The position numbers and the translations under genes are program-made. DNA of 64,000 bases from Antedon mediterranea (lineage: Eukaryota; Animalia; Echinodermata), in contig NC_092678.1 of NCBI RefSeq assembly GCF_964355755.1, positions 20,539,365 through 20,603,364 of the forward strand, read 5' to 3'. Shown here piece by piece: positions 29,368 to 41,740 of the stretch. Below the pieces are notes generated by a model. That model saw only the letters and a list, made by a program, of their open reading frames with translations. It searched no databases and was not told the origin of the DNA. Each line of letters begins with the position of its first letter. The stretch's first letter is position 1.

Positions 29368-30045
29368 TTTTTTTTTTTTTTTTTTTTTTTTTCAATCTTT
29401 TTTTAATACATAGAAATACAAAAAAAAGGCAGACAGAGCAAAAATAGAAAAATTATACATAATCAATTCTATATAAACACCTTCTTATAAAATAAAAATA
29501 GTTGTGCACATCAAGTCAGGATATAGAGTGATACAAATCTATGTTACAGAAGATTATCCCAGGCACTCCACTCTTCCCATTCTTCGGATCTATTATTAAT
29601 CAAACATCTAAACTTTTTAATTGTAAAGTAATATTTTACAAAGCTTATGAGGCCGGTGGGTGAGAGGAGGCCCGAAAACTTACTCTTATATATATACAAC
29701 TTTAATATTGACAAAAGTAAATTAATCCTATTGGATGGTGTATTACTAAAAAGCAGTTCACTTTCCGATACAAATATACGAATGTCAAGATTTCGAGAAC
29801 ACCATTGAAAAAAAAAATTACTTATCCATCTACTGATATTACATTTACAGAATAAATGATAAACTGTTTCTCTTCTAATGTTACAAAAGGAGCAGTTATC
29901 TTCGTCGATGTACTTAATAATCTTAAGGTAAACTTTAGTTGTGAGGATACTGTTGTTAAGTCTGATATTATAGGGCATGATTATGTTAAAAATATACATT
30001 TTATTCCGAAATTTTTGGATTAAGATAGGTACGTATTTTTGTGGA
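29368..30045 (-). mobile_element. 5'-truncated L1/Tx1-like non-LTR retrotransposon (zf-RVT C-terminus, 3' UTR, poly(A))
   Basis: ORF 29544-29999 contains ILTTKVYL...CSFCNIRRETVYHLFCKC...LYIYKSK (CCHC zf-RVT motif). A T25 run at 29368-29392 is poly(A) on the minus strand. The 5' boundary is approximate. Confidence 0.8.
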
Positions 30046-30876
30046 TACTAGCAAAATGTAGGCCTACTATAAGGTTTAATTGTTATAAATTCGTTATTTA
30101 ATTCTCTTTTAAATGAATATTTCGATTTTTATTGTTATGTAATGAATCTAAATCTAGTAGAACTAACATTTTCATTCGTATACCCCTATTAGTTGAGGCT
30201 GTACCAGTATACACAATGTTTTTTAGTCATACTACTTTTTCTCACTACTGGCCAAGCATAGACCAACTCATCAAGAATATTGTCACCAAACAAGTATAAA
30301 TAAACACATTCCTACTTAATGACATTATTTGGACATACTGTAAGTTGTACCATTTGGCTGGAAATGTCTTCTACGCCAAACACAATACCAGCACGCGGTC
30401 AATTAGTGCAAAGTGGCCTCTCGACTTGTTAAAATCATTGTATTCTTTGTTACGGCTATTGTAGGCCTAGCAACATGGTCATTCACAAATATTCCGCATT
30501 GATTAGGCCTTCTGTTAATAGTTTTTCTGAAGACAGATTTTACATCTTCTTATAGGCCTAGACTCAGTGGTCTCTTCAATGGTTTGACAAAAATAATTGG
30601 CCTAGACTTTTCCTGCATGGGATCTGTTTTGTATAAAGTTACGGTACTCTTGCCTGAATTTTTTTAGGCCTTTCTTTCGCTACTGCAGGATGTAGGAGAG
30701 TGTCTTTCTTTCCGGGCTTCCACGGGTACAAATATTACCGTACGTCATAATAATATCGTTACGTATTTAGCTAAAACAAGTTGTTTAATTATTTGATTTG
30801 TACTGTATTAATATTTATATTTGTTTTTGTGATTGCATATTCTTACAAACTTTTTTTAAGCGGGAACATGTCCTTA

Positions 30877-31036
30877 AGCTCTGTTTACACTATCAAATTA
30901 GTTTGACTAAAAAAGTGTGATGTGCCCAAATGTGGTAGTGTTATGCCCAAATATGGTAGTGATATGACATCATAATGTACATATTATGGGCGCATCATAT
31001 TGTTTCACATAAAAGTTGGATAGTGTAAACAGAGCT
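30877..31036. mobile_element. Abundant ~160-bp MITE family, PIF/Harbinger-like (representative copy)
   Basis: TIR AGCTCTGTCTACACTATCAAACT, TTA/TAA flanks, internal 21-bp repeat GCCCAAATATGGTAGTGATAT. Other full or partial copies at about 1-94, 15358-15513, 16286-16485, 18560-18694, 19370-19416, 19822-19957, 24092-24226, 24379-24522, 32575-32660 and 61358-61506. Confidence 0.85.
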
Positions 31037-31079
31037 ATACTGCAGCAGCAGCCAACGGAAAAAAACGTTAGACTTTTAA

Positions 31080-31256
31080 TGCCAATTTACACAGACGAGC
31101 GGTAACGATAATAACAATTCATTATGACCATTTACACACACACAACGGGGAGCGGACAGGTGGATTCCGCTCACGATAGATACAGATTCTATACGTGGGT
31201 CAAGCTACGCGGTTTTCGCTTACCGTTACCGCTTTTCGTCTGTGGAAAATTCCCTT
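31080..31256. mobile_element. Small MITE
   Basis: Imperfect TIRs TTTACACAGACGAGCGGTAACG / CGTTACCGCTTTTCGTCTGTGGAAA. Confidence 0.5.
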
Positions 31257-31693
31257 AATAGCACGCATGTCATTAATAAATGTTGTATGGTTATTTCATA
31301 TAGATTGACATTTCCAACTTGGATTAAACCAACATGAAAAACAATAAAACATTTAAACAACAACAACGTCACTCACGCAATCGTTATCAATAATAAAGAT
31401 AATGTTGTTAATTAATTGCAATTGTGTTGAAACTAAACTCCAATTACACAGATAGGTATATTGATTGGCAACTACGATGCCCAGAGTTTGTTATGGGAAG
31501 TTGATATCAGTACAGTCGGGAAGGTTAACTATCCATAATTTACTTTTACATGCAGTGTCTTCACAGGTATATATGTTTACGATTTAACTTGTATATTAAC
31601 TGCTACGCTAGGCTAAATAACATAAGGATCTTGTGGTGCAATAAACAAAATCTACACACAATAGGGCTACAAGCTAAAGAAGAAACAAAACAA

Positions 31694-32006
31694 GCGAGTG
31701 AGTGGCCGAGCGGTTAAGACGGTGGAACCGTAATCACGTAGCCATAACATCGGCAGGGGTTCGAGGCTCACTCACTCCATGGTTCTGGTGGTAGAACGAG
31801 TCTTCTCGGATAAGGACTATAAACCGTAGGTCCAGTGCACACAACTTGCTCGTGTGCACTTTAAAGAACCTAGTACATCTTTCGAGACGAGTAGGGAGTA
31901 CCCCGGTGTATTAGTACATCACAGCCACTGATCACCAACTGGGCCCTCTGGGAGATCAGTCTTTGACTGAAGAGGTCACCCAGTATAAAGATAAAACAAA
32001 CAACAA
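31694..32006 (+). mobile_element. tRNA-derived SINE with Deu/Nin-type central domain
   Basis: A box TGGCCGAGCGG, B box GGTTCGAGGC; core TCTTCTCGGATAAGGACTATAAACCGTAGGTCC...TAAAGAACC...GAGTAGGG..CCCCGGTG resembles the recalled Deu/Nin consensus; A-rich (AAAC) tail and flanks. Confidence 0.8.
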
Positions 32007-32754
32007 GGTCACAGCAAACTTTTCACGTGAATCATAGGCCCTACGTCCTTTTTCACTGTTACAAAAAGATGGAGAAAAAAAGCAACGCTTATGATTTAAT
32101 TGTTCAATCCAACCTTCAGACTGTAGTACGAGATGATTTTTAACCTTTGACCTGAAGGAAGAATTGTTGCGTTGTAATTCACTTGGTTGTTCGGTAATGT
32201 CCGATAATCCGCACTTTTTGGATTAAATATATTTTTGTTCACCTGCTTTCTTATCTTTATGTGATGTCCTTAAGTATTCGAGGTGACCCAGTTTTTTTTA
32301 ACACCTTTTTAAAAACATTTCCTTATTAGAAAAGAAACAGAAATGAATTATGTAAAGTACCTTCTGTTTGTTCAAAACAAAGAATACTATATTATCAAAA
32401 AAGAAAGAGCAATCAACTATTTTTTCTGGAACATGTAAGATGAAAAGGTGTAGAGCGCCGCTTACGTCGGGATGTAGATAGCTTTTTTTTGCGGCAAGTG
32501 ACTAAATACAGACACGATGGTAATGTATGTAATAAACTATATAATAACATACCCCACTGGGAATTAATTTTGATTTGTCCAATATGTGGCCAAATATGGT
32601 AGTGATTTACCCAAATATGGTAGTGGTATAACATCAAAATGTCCATATATGGGTATATCTTTTTTTTAAATAATATCCTGGATTTAAATAGCGTTAAACA
32701 TCTAAGCACTGAACATTATTACCTATTTTTTTTTATCAAACACGTATGGAAACA

Positions 32755-32890
32755 TACTCCCATAATGCAGATAGTAATCAGCGGTATCAACGGCTTTACG
32801 TCCCATCCGAAGGACAATGCAATGATGAGAGTAAAGCATCTTGCCTAGGATACAATTAGTATGGTATACTGTATATAGGCTCGAACCCAT
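32755..32890 (-). mobile_element. Degenerate SINE fragment
   Basis: Minus strand reads GGGTTCGAG...TCCTAGGCAAGATGCTTTAC...TCCTTCGGATGGGACGTAAAGCCGTTG, a typical SINE core. Confidence 0.55.
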
Positions 32891-33941
32891 GCTATCACGA
32901 TATTATCATTACTACATCACTCATATTACTGTTCATGTAAATATATAGCGACCTCTATAATGTCATAATTAATTATGAATTATTCATGATTTCAGCCTTA
33001 GCCTCTTAAAAGAGAAAAATATAAAGACTCCTGTATATACAGCACCCGATGCGATTTCAGACGTTCGCTCTCCCATCCAGAACGCCAACTGACCAGAACC
33101 GGCATTTCAACGCAGTATGGCCGTACAAATTGGGTGTTTGAACTTCAATGAATTAAAATAATGTAGTCATAAGAATCCTAATTCTCAAATAGAGCGAGAA
33201 ATTCTTGCAATGGTTTGTAGTCAAGTCAAGTCAAGTGTCAGATGTCTGTGGTTAAGTAGTACAACATGTAACATATGCAATAATGACTGATTTTTTTTTT
33301 CGACAACTTTATTTAAGCGGTAAATTACGTTAAGATTTTAATTAAAATACTGATGCATTTAGTTTACCTGTAATTAATACACCAATTTAACAATATTAAT
33401 AATAATTTTTGCATTTAAATACATCGAAGCTCTAATAGTTTTTTTTTCTGCGAGGAGTTTCTGGTATGAGGCCAACGGCATCCGGTCACGGGACGAAAGG
33501 CTTAATTAAAGTGTGTCTTGTATATAAGATCTAGTTGAACTAGGCCTACGACTATTATTTTCCTTAAAAATCGGAAAGGCATATGATTGTACAGTAACAT
33601 TGACACGACATGTAACGTTCACAAAAATGTTTATATGTTTACAAAAGTATTTAACTAAGCCGAAGCCTGGGACACGGCATTTTTTGCATAAATTGCATGA
33701 AATTGATAATTAGGACTACTTTCTAAAATACAGTGACAGTGAGTTACGATTAGTAAATTTCTGAAATGTTTTGCATTTAAATAAGCTGCAAATATCATAA
33801 TTACAATCACAAACAAATATAAAACGAACATTTTTAGTAAAATTTAAAGAAAAGTTTTCGACGCCATTTAACAGGACAAATTCCAATTTGCCTAATAATT
33901 GCGAAAGCCAAATATAAGTCGGGCCGCTAAAATATCATAAT

Positions 33942-34000
33942 TTAGCAGCAATCTTTTTTCATTTTCAAAACGCCATCATACTTGAGGCCACTGTCGTCAT
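33942..34000 (-). CDS. Exon 17 (terminal), ends KKDCC*
   Basis: CTACAG acceptor; YDDSGLKYDGVLKMKKDCC-TAA; same 59-nt length as the paralog exon at 63525-63583. Confidence 0.88.
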
Positions 34001-34272
34001 CTGTAGATGAGATAGAAATTAATTAAAAAAATTAAGTAATGTTATATTATAGTAACTATAGGAAAATTAATACAAGTATAACTTTAAAATCTAACGTGGT
34101 TTAGGCCCATTGTCAGAATTAAGATCACCGTATATTAAAACAATAGAGTCTAATTTATTTCCAAAGTACAGCTTATTTTAAGACCAATCACCGGGGTCAG
34201 TTCAGATAAGCCGTCGCTTGAGATTGGTCAAACGTCAGACAACAGTAACCAAAATAGAATACGATAACTTAC

Positions 34273-34476
34273 ACCTCCAGTTGCCCTCACTAGTTCCAGC
34301 CGTCTTGAAGTCCGGCAAACTTTTTGTCAAAGAGTCCCAGGCGTCTTTACTGATAAACTCCCACGTTGCACCATGATCTTTACTACGCATGTAACTGCGC
34401 ATATCCATGTGAATGCCATAGATAAGTCCTTTGAGTTGGTCAGATCCAATGACATTGTGTAGGTTCATTGGTAGAG
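34273..34476 (-). CDS. Exon 16: C-terminal domain, part 2 (Asp-box-like SKDHGATW)
   Basis: ALPMNLHNVIG...SYMRSKDHGATWEFIS...; |GTAAGT donor; conserved in the paralog at 63837-64000. Confidence 0.92.
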
Positions 34477-34869
34477 CTATAGGAGAATATTTACATTTTT
34501 ATACATTATTATATAATGGTAGAAAAATATTAATAAATACAATGTTCCGTTTATTTACCATTTTTTTAATTGGAAAATATGAGAACAACATTGTTGTGTG
34601 GCCGCTAGGCATTCAAGGCAGGATGTATTGACAAAAGAAATATAGTTGCTAGTTCTCCGCACATCCAAAGATCTCCGGGAGAAATTGTCAGTGGTCTTTT
34701 ACTTTTCAATTTAGTTAGAGATTTCTCTTGCTGTCCATATCGATGTGTATGGTCCCCCGTGGCAGGTTGACTCCAAGTATGGAAGTTCTAAGTGCTTTGA
34801 TATACCAGCCAGCCTCAGGTCAGTGCTATTCTTTGAGGGACATTACGAAAACAATCCTCATTGTTTTAC

Positions 34870-35022
34870 CTTTCCAGCGTCCATCTGGTGGATTATCTTG
34901 TACATAGCAGGACGGAACAACCTTGTCTGATAGACGTCTAACTGAAGGGTTACAAGCAAAAATGAGGTCGTTATCCGGATCGTCCAACTTCTTAGTTATG
35001 ACAAAACCCCGGTCATAATAAT
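34870..35022 (-). CDS. Exon 15: C-terminal domain, part 1
   Basis: DYYDRGFVI...LIFACNPSVRR...PSCYVQDNPPDGRWK; AAG|GTAAA donor; phase 1-1. Confidence 0.87.
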
Positions 35023-35356
35023 CTGTCGAAATAATATAAAGCAAATAGATAAATTCTATTGTTTGAAAAATATGTTGATGCTTTGACAAATTGCTAAAAG
35101 TCGCACGGATAAAACCATGTTAAATAGGAACGAATCGCGCTCGGGGATTGTTGGTAAAAGTGCGTCTATGTTATTTACTCGTTTCTTTAGGGGTTTTAAA
35201 GGATATTATTTTAGACTAATTTTAACATTACTGAAACATGTATTGTAGATTGAGAAGTATTATAATGTTTAAGCTCTTGGAGTTTTCTAATAATACGAAG
35301 GAACTTTTTGTGCAATATTAGTTATACTATACAGAATTCTTTTTTTCCAAACTTAC

Positions 35357-35542
35357 CTGGAACTGGGCATTTACTAGGATCACTGACACACACAGTATGT
35401 TTTCCGTTTTCACACTTATGAGCACCAGCCACGCAACCATCGCACTGGCTAGATCTTCCATCATAATGGCAGACGTCTGTCTGAGATTCGGTCCATTTGC
35501 TGTACCTCATCACAGCTTCTTTTGCATATCTTAGTACTGGTT
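35357..35542 (-). CDS. Exon 14: six-Cys module
   Basis: EPVLRYAKE...CHYDGRSSQCDGCVAGAHKCENGKHTVCVSDPSKCPVP; CAG|GTAAG donor; phase 1-1. Confidence 0.87.
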
Positions 35543-35794
35543 CTGAAGAATAAAAGTACTATAACAATGAACAACATTGATTATTTTTCTGAAACCCTCT
35601 TTCTAATAGACAATTTGTGCGTTTCTTTATTACAAAATTGCAGTTGTAACTCATTTAGAGGTTTATTGTGACTATCAAGTCTATGCTAGTATGTAGTCAT
35701 TATCGAAAAAACCAAGTACCCAATCACAACGCAACAATTTGTACTTAGGTCAAAGTTTAAAACATTATTGCATTTATCCGATAATTATCCAATA

Positions 35795-36891
35795 GGGTTG
35801 GTGAAATTCAGTCCAAAATACGCAGAATTTTTTCCAAAATACGTAAAGTTGAGGGCGCTATACTAATCCAAAATACGCGAGTCTTTCAAAAATACGTCGA
35901 CTTGAGGGCGCTATTCATTTTCCAAAATACGCGAATTGTCCAAAATACGTCAAGTTGAGGGCGCTAGTCATTTTCCAAAATACGTCAATTTGGAACCGCT
36001 TGTAATTTTCCAAAATACGTCAACTTGAGAGCGCTATTCATTTTCCAAAATACGCGATTTAAATAATTACTTTACTTCTTCTAACCAATTATTGATATTA
36101 TTTTAATTACAATACCATATGCTTTTTATTATTATTATATATTATATGAAATAACTATTATGTTAGATTTCAGATTAGGTAACTTATTTGACCATAAATA
36201 CTGTACATTAAATTGAAAGCGATGTTGGTCTGTTGAGCTCGGGAAAAATATCGATTTTGTAGATCACCAAATATATAACACATGCCTATGACTATGCTTA
36301 AATACTATATACGTACATGCTGCTTTTGTAGCTGGTTTATGCCTCATTTAAACTAGCTACGTCTGGCAATGCAATCGTACATCGTTCAGACATTATTAAT
36401 GTATATTATAGGCACTGTCTATTGACTGATGTTGGCACATATTTGTTTTTATTCAGTAATAAATGATTACATTAAAAAATAATAATTGGCTACTCTATGA
36501 CATTTTATTTACAAAAAATTATGCCTTCCAATACTTTCATTTATAACTAAAATGTACTTGTTTGTTTTACTTACACTTTCAATATGATACATTTGGAAAG
36601 GCTCTCGTATTTTGGAAAAAAAGTTTGCCGCCCTCAAGTTGACGTATTTTGGAAAATTACTAGCGGTCCCAAATTGCAAATTGACGTATTTTGGACAAAT
36701 CGCGTATTTTGGAAATGAATAACGCCCTCAATTTGACGTATTTTGGACAATTTGCGTATTTTGGAAAATGAATAGCGCCCTCAAGTTGACGTATTTTGGA
36801 AAGACTCGCGTATTTTGGATTAGTATAGCGCCCTCAACTTGACGTAATTTGGAAAAAATTCTGCGTATTTTGGACTGATGTTCACCAACCC
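35795..36891. mobile_element. Foldback-like non-autonomous DNA element with long modular TIRs
   Basis: Termini GGGTTGGTGAA...TTCACCAACCC; ~260-300-bp arms built of CCAAAATACG(T/C) and GAGGGCGCT subrepeats; AT-rich non-coding centre. Confidence 0.82.
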
Positions 36892-37080
36892 GACTCTTAA
36901 TTATCCGATTTGAATGAGATAATTATCGGTTACTTTTTCTGGAGCGGAATCAGGAAAACATATGAACTTCATCGGTTAATTATCGGTTAAGTTTATCGGT
37001 TAAGTTTTATCGGTTAATTTTAGGCTGCAGAGACACGGTCTTGTGCAGTGGCCTACGTAAGGACCATGGAATTAGCGTAC

Positions 37081-37306
37081 CGTGTTCAAAATAATCTAAC
37101 ATATGATACTCGCAGATAGCTGGCAGGATAGCGGTGCAGTCCATTATGTCCCAGTCACCAAGATCAGTACTGACATCCCTGGTATCGTAAACATCTACAA
37201 AAGCCGCAGCTCCGCAGTCTTCAGTCACACTTGTTCCGGGTCTGTTTGGTAGCCATTTTGTAAAAGACGCCGATGACCCGTTTGTCCACTTGAAAGTATC
37301 AGTACC
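37081..37306 (-). CDS. Exon 13: C-type lectin domain, C-terminal half
   Basis: GTDTFKWTNGSSASFTKWLPNRPG...EDC...WDIMDC....AICEY; phase 0-1. Confidence 0.9.
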
Positions 37307-37480
37307 CTAAAACATATACATTGTTATAATTGAAAAGTCATATTGAGTATAATAAACGGCATGTCATGTGATTAATTATAGACTTGTCCTATCAAAGTTA
37401 CGTCGCCCTGCTCGTGTAGTTAACATGACAAGTTCATTACGGCGATTACGAGTGACACGGGGTCTGATAGCCATACTCAC

Positions 37481-37692
37481 CCCAACGTCTTTCAGCCCAA
37501 TCCAGTATTTGTATGGCGAGAGTGCTGGAACCAGGTCGCGAAGAAATTGCTGTTCACACGTATCTTCAATCATGACTAATTGCGCATTGTCTGCTTCACA
37601 GGCCGCCTTTGCTGCATCCCAAGTTTCTAGCGTGTCGTTGAACACTTTGTAACACGTTTCTTTGTAAGGTGTGTAACCAGACCGACATAAAT
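37481..37692 (-). CDS. Exon 12: C-type lectin domain, N-terminal half
   Basis: LCRSGYTPYKETCYKVF...TWDAAKAACEADNAQLV.I...YWIGLKD (CTLD Cys pattern and WIGL motif); GGG|GTGAGT donor; phase 1-0. Confidence 0.93.
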
Positions 37693-37877
37693 CTAGAAGT
37701 ACAGTGTAAGAGTTATAGAGTAATTATAATCAGCCGATTCATGTCTGTAAGAACCATAGACACACTCTTAATTACAACGTAATATATCGATCACATGTAA
37801 ACTTGTATCAACGCAAGTTGTTTTAGTTGAGGAAGTCATCGTTATGATACATATGTGACCCTGTATCTACAACTTAC

Positions 37878-38079
37878 CACCACCAACATCTGGTCTGTCC
37901 GAATACATAAATTGAAAATGTTTTGTGCTGGCAAGAACTTTAGCGCTATTAGCAGCCGAGAACCACAACAAATCAGCCACGCCAACAAAGCGACGAGTGC
38001 CCGGAGCAGTTTTTCCGTTTTTGTCGATTCCTAGGCGTACACGGAAAGTTGGTTTTGCTGCAATCTGAATGGTTCCAAG
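37878..38079 (-). CDS. Exon 11
   Basis: TTTCACAG acceptor; LGTIQIAAKPTFRVRLGIDKNG...YSDRPDVGG; G|GTAAG donor; phase 0-1. Not in the ORF track. Confidence 0.85.
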
Positions 38080-38504
38080 CTGTGAAATACATGAGAAATG
38101 TTACTACGCTTATTTTTGATTTCATTTAGAAAACCCCTGTCCATTTATCATAAGTCATTAAAACAGAGAGTTAAACACACCGCCCAGCGAAATAAAGGCT
38201 GTAATAATTGTAATCAAATAAAATAGCCTAATAATAACAAATTTGAAGATTGAAAAAATCGGACCCAGCCACAACCGAATTTGTTATCCTGATGCAGACA
38301 GACGTCATACTTCATTAATAAGTATATGAATGTATTCTGAACATGTTACTGAAGGTATTACACTGGCCACCCGTTTCCTAATCTTTCAAAATGTATTAGC
38401 GCTGTAGGTAAACAATCATAAATAAAAGTATTCTTCCAAACCTTAACCAAGCTGACCGTGTGCCCTACACATAATTGAATCTGGTTGATGGTAGAATAAC
38501 TTAC

Positions 38505-38694
38505 ATTAAATCGAACAGGAGATGGTCCAGGCATGCTTGGGTTTACCGCTGGTGGCTGGAACAGCTCTGTGTATTCTGATTCAAGTTTAATATATTGCAC
38601 ATGTTTCGACTTCATTATTGTGAAAGTTACATCTACTGATTTTCCCGTTGAATCGTCATCGTGCCAAATACTAATCAGTATTATTACATCATCA
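38505..38694 (-). CDS. Exon 10
   Basis: TTTCAG acceptor; GDDVIILISIWHDDDSTGKSVDV...PVRFN; |GTAAGT donor; phase 2-0. Confidence 0.88.
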
Positions 38695-39554
38695 CTGAAA
38701 ATAACAACCAACAATTAATACTATTATCGAAAACAAATCAGAGTGGTACCACAATCACTATATCCCAATACTTATAGGACGTTAAGAGTGATTATGTGAA
38801 CATATCTGCCGTACTTTGAGAAAAGGGCTTATATACAAAAAACTATTTTTTATTAATTGACCAAAACGTGTTTTTGTTTTTCATTACAACAGTTCTTGTA
38901 ATATTTTATTTTCAAATGAATCTATTTCAACAGTAAATTATTGAAAAATATTTGACATAATTTTCAATTATTACTTTTTTATTTGGGGGTCAAATTGTAG
39001 ATAAAGCCTTTTTTTCAAATTATTTGTACTTAAAAGTGGCGGGAAATACTTTGAAAACAGGGCACTTTTGCAGTTATTGATTTTTGATCAAAATTTACCA
39101 AGAAATTTAGTAACTTTAGTTGAAATAAATTATAAATGCAATTTAGATCACGTAATTTGTAAAAAAAAATAATTATCAAATATATGAAAAAGGCTTTTCT
39201 CTTGAAAGTGTTAATCTGCCTCATTATATATCCATCACACTGTTATCTGATTGGTCAATTGCTGTAGATGAGGCCTTTTGTCAAAACGTCAAATGCCGCG
39301 ACTCAAATGTCAAACGCTTATGTATAAATTGGTTACATTTAAAATTCTTCAAACATGAACAATGATTGCCAACGAAATACGACGAATGCAATTGTTTGCC
39401 AATTAAATAATGCACATCACAATTTCTGATAGTGTTCGCTAGTGTCAACTTGAACAATTCTAATTTATCTTATTTTATTCATACAATGCTACAATAATAA
39501 GAATAATTACTCTTACAGTAGGCCTACATTGCTTGTATCCGATACTAAACTTAC

Positions 39555-40236
39555 CCTTTATAAAAGGAATTAGTTTCGTATGTTATCTTGAACGACATCT
39601 TAGGCTTCGGGACTTCATTAATCAGCGTCTGAACTGGTACTTCTCCAACCCAGATGTGAGCTCCGTCGCCAATCTGCATTCCAAGTCCTAACCAGTGCTC
39701 TGATCCATTGACCACCGCGTCTGTATCGTCTAGAACAACTTCTACTTCTAACGCTAAGATGTTATTAGAAGCGTCTGGGTCGATCACTTCAATAAGTCCG
39801 TCGAACTGTGTCACTGACCAGTCTTTAAGGATGCCGAAGTCATCATCGTTAGCAATGTACTGCGTCTGAGGAGCGTAGTAGCAGAATTCTGTCGAATATG
39901 TACACGATAATGAGTCACTGACATACAAAACGGACACTTTGTTGACACTCCACTGCTCGCTTGTCTTGTTAGTCGTAAAGTTATACGGTAGTGTGACTTC
40001 AATTGTAGGATCAGCGGTACCTTTTGGAAACTCAACAATAAGGTTCATATGCACCTTTTGACCAACGTTAACATAAACATTGCCATCTGCAGACTGCTCG
40101 GTGATGTTCATCACGAAATGCGGTAGTTTACTGAAAACTGCGTTTGACACTCCTTCTGCGGTGACTAAGCCATTGAATATGTCAGTTATTTCAACAGTTA
40201 TAGTTACACGTAAAATAGCTCCAGGTTTTACGTCAG
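39555..40236 (-). CDS. Exon 9: beta-sandwich repeat region
   Basis: 682-nt open exon ADVKPGAILRVTITVE...GQKVHMNLIVEFPKG...HWLGLGMQIG...SFYKG; GG|GTAAG donor; phase 1-2. Confidence 0.9.
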
Positions 40237-40692
40237 CTACGTAGAAATTGATATAACAACAATAAATAACAATTTTTATTGTATATCTAAAATAATGCAG
40301 ATTAGGAAGACATTAAAACTATAATGTTCACTTCAAAGACGTATTGGACCAGTGTTATACTTCATGTTAAATACATGCCTTAAACTACGAAAGCATAGTT
40401 TTTGTTAGCACTTGGTGACGTAATTACGGTTTTGTACAACAAAGCAATGTACGGTTACCGGAGATATCTATAGGAACTGTTATAATGTGATATGGTTGGT
40501 TGGGGTCTGCACATTAATTCATTAAAAATACTTTTACAAAACATTATCAATTTGATAATAAATCTGATCATATACGCTAACGACATCAGTTTTATAGGAA
40601 CAAGGATGTGGTAACACTCAGTTGGGTTCAACAGCTTACAGTGTAAATTATTAATTTGGCTAAAAAACAAACAAAAGATTCAGTCAAAATAC

Positions 40693-40807
40693 CATTAACA
40701 GTGGAATTGATGGTCCCTTCAAATTGAATGTCAGATGAAAATAAACTGTTATTACTTATAGATAAAGTAATTTCTGATGCGGAGACCAGGGTGAACGTGA
40801 AGTTGCT
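40693..40807 (-). CDS. Exon 8
   Basis: TTTTTCAG acceptor; SNFTFTLVSASEITLSISNNSLFSSDIQFEGTINSTVN; G|GTATT donor; phase 0-1. Confidence 0.75.
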
Positions 40808-41129
40808 CTGAAAAATACAATGCATCCGTAGCAGCATCTGATAGCAAATATGACTTAAAAACAAATCAAGAAGAAACCCAGCAATAGGTAAACATATTTA
40901 GCGGTAATTTATATAGAAGAAGATTAAATTCGGATATTTTTCATTTCTTCCGCACGCCCAATTTTAATTATTAAAAAAAATACCAATATCTATGGTTTCA
41001 CATACCATTAGCCTACATTCAGTTATATTTAATTATTTTACTGCTAAAATCACACGTCACACGTCACACTGTTATGATCACAACATTAACCAATACCGTA
41101 TATTAGGAACATATAAAACTGAACCATAC

Positions 41130-41198
41130 CGTGATGGTTGAGTCGGTGTTTCCGTTTCCTGTTAAAGTCCATATAAAAGGATCTGCAGACAGGTTGAA
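41130..41198 (-). CDS. Exon 7 (small, phase 0-0)
   Basis: TTTTTTCAG acceptor; FNLSADPFIWTLTGNGNTDSTIT; ACG|GTATGG donor. Confidence 0.7.
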
Positions 41199-41740
41199 CT
41201 GAAAAAAGATGTTTACTATAATTACCACCCGATTATCGATGCTGTATCTGTATTTGCTCAGTATCATAGGAATAGTTGGTAATACAACATCACATGTGCT
41301 TCACATGTTTCTCCTGGTATCATATCATAAGAAAATATTCCTCTGGTACTTTGAAACTATATCTCGAAGATACAGCACTGAGAATCGAGTAATAATTACA
41401 CCCAGCCGGGTTTTAGTACTATACATTATGTTCCACGCGCGTGTGTTATTTCTTGGATAAACTAACTTATATGTATAATATTTATCCATGTCAACACACG
41501 TATAATGGATATGTTTAAATTCGTAGCTTGTTTCATTTGGCAAAATTCATTTTACGTCCGTCAGTAGGACAGACATGTTCGCAGTAGGCTTATGGTGGAT
41601 TTTTTTTTTTTTTTTATTTCTTTATTCTGATATAAAATCAATAGGATAAATACACAAAAAAGTACCGAGACGGCAAACTTATTTCCATTGTGGTCCTAAA
41701 TTATAGTCTGGCCAACATTTGTTTTAGTTCTTTGTCGTTT

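Noticed and set aside
29544-29999. 151-aa ORF as a host gene
   Set aside because: It is the zf-RVT tail of a truncated LINE followed by poly(A).
41209-41543. ORFs 41325..41543(-) and 41209..41460(+) as additional exons
   Set aside because: They overlap a dispersed repeat also seen at about 5470-5560 and 52950-52980. No fitting splice sites, and the gene model is in phase without them.
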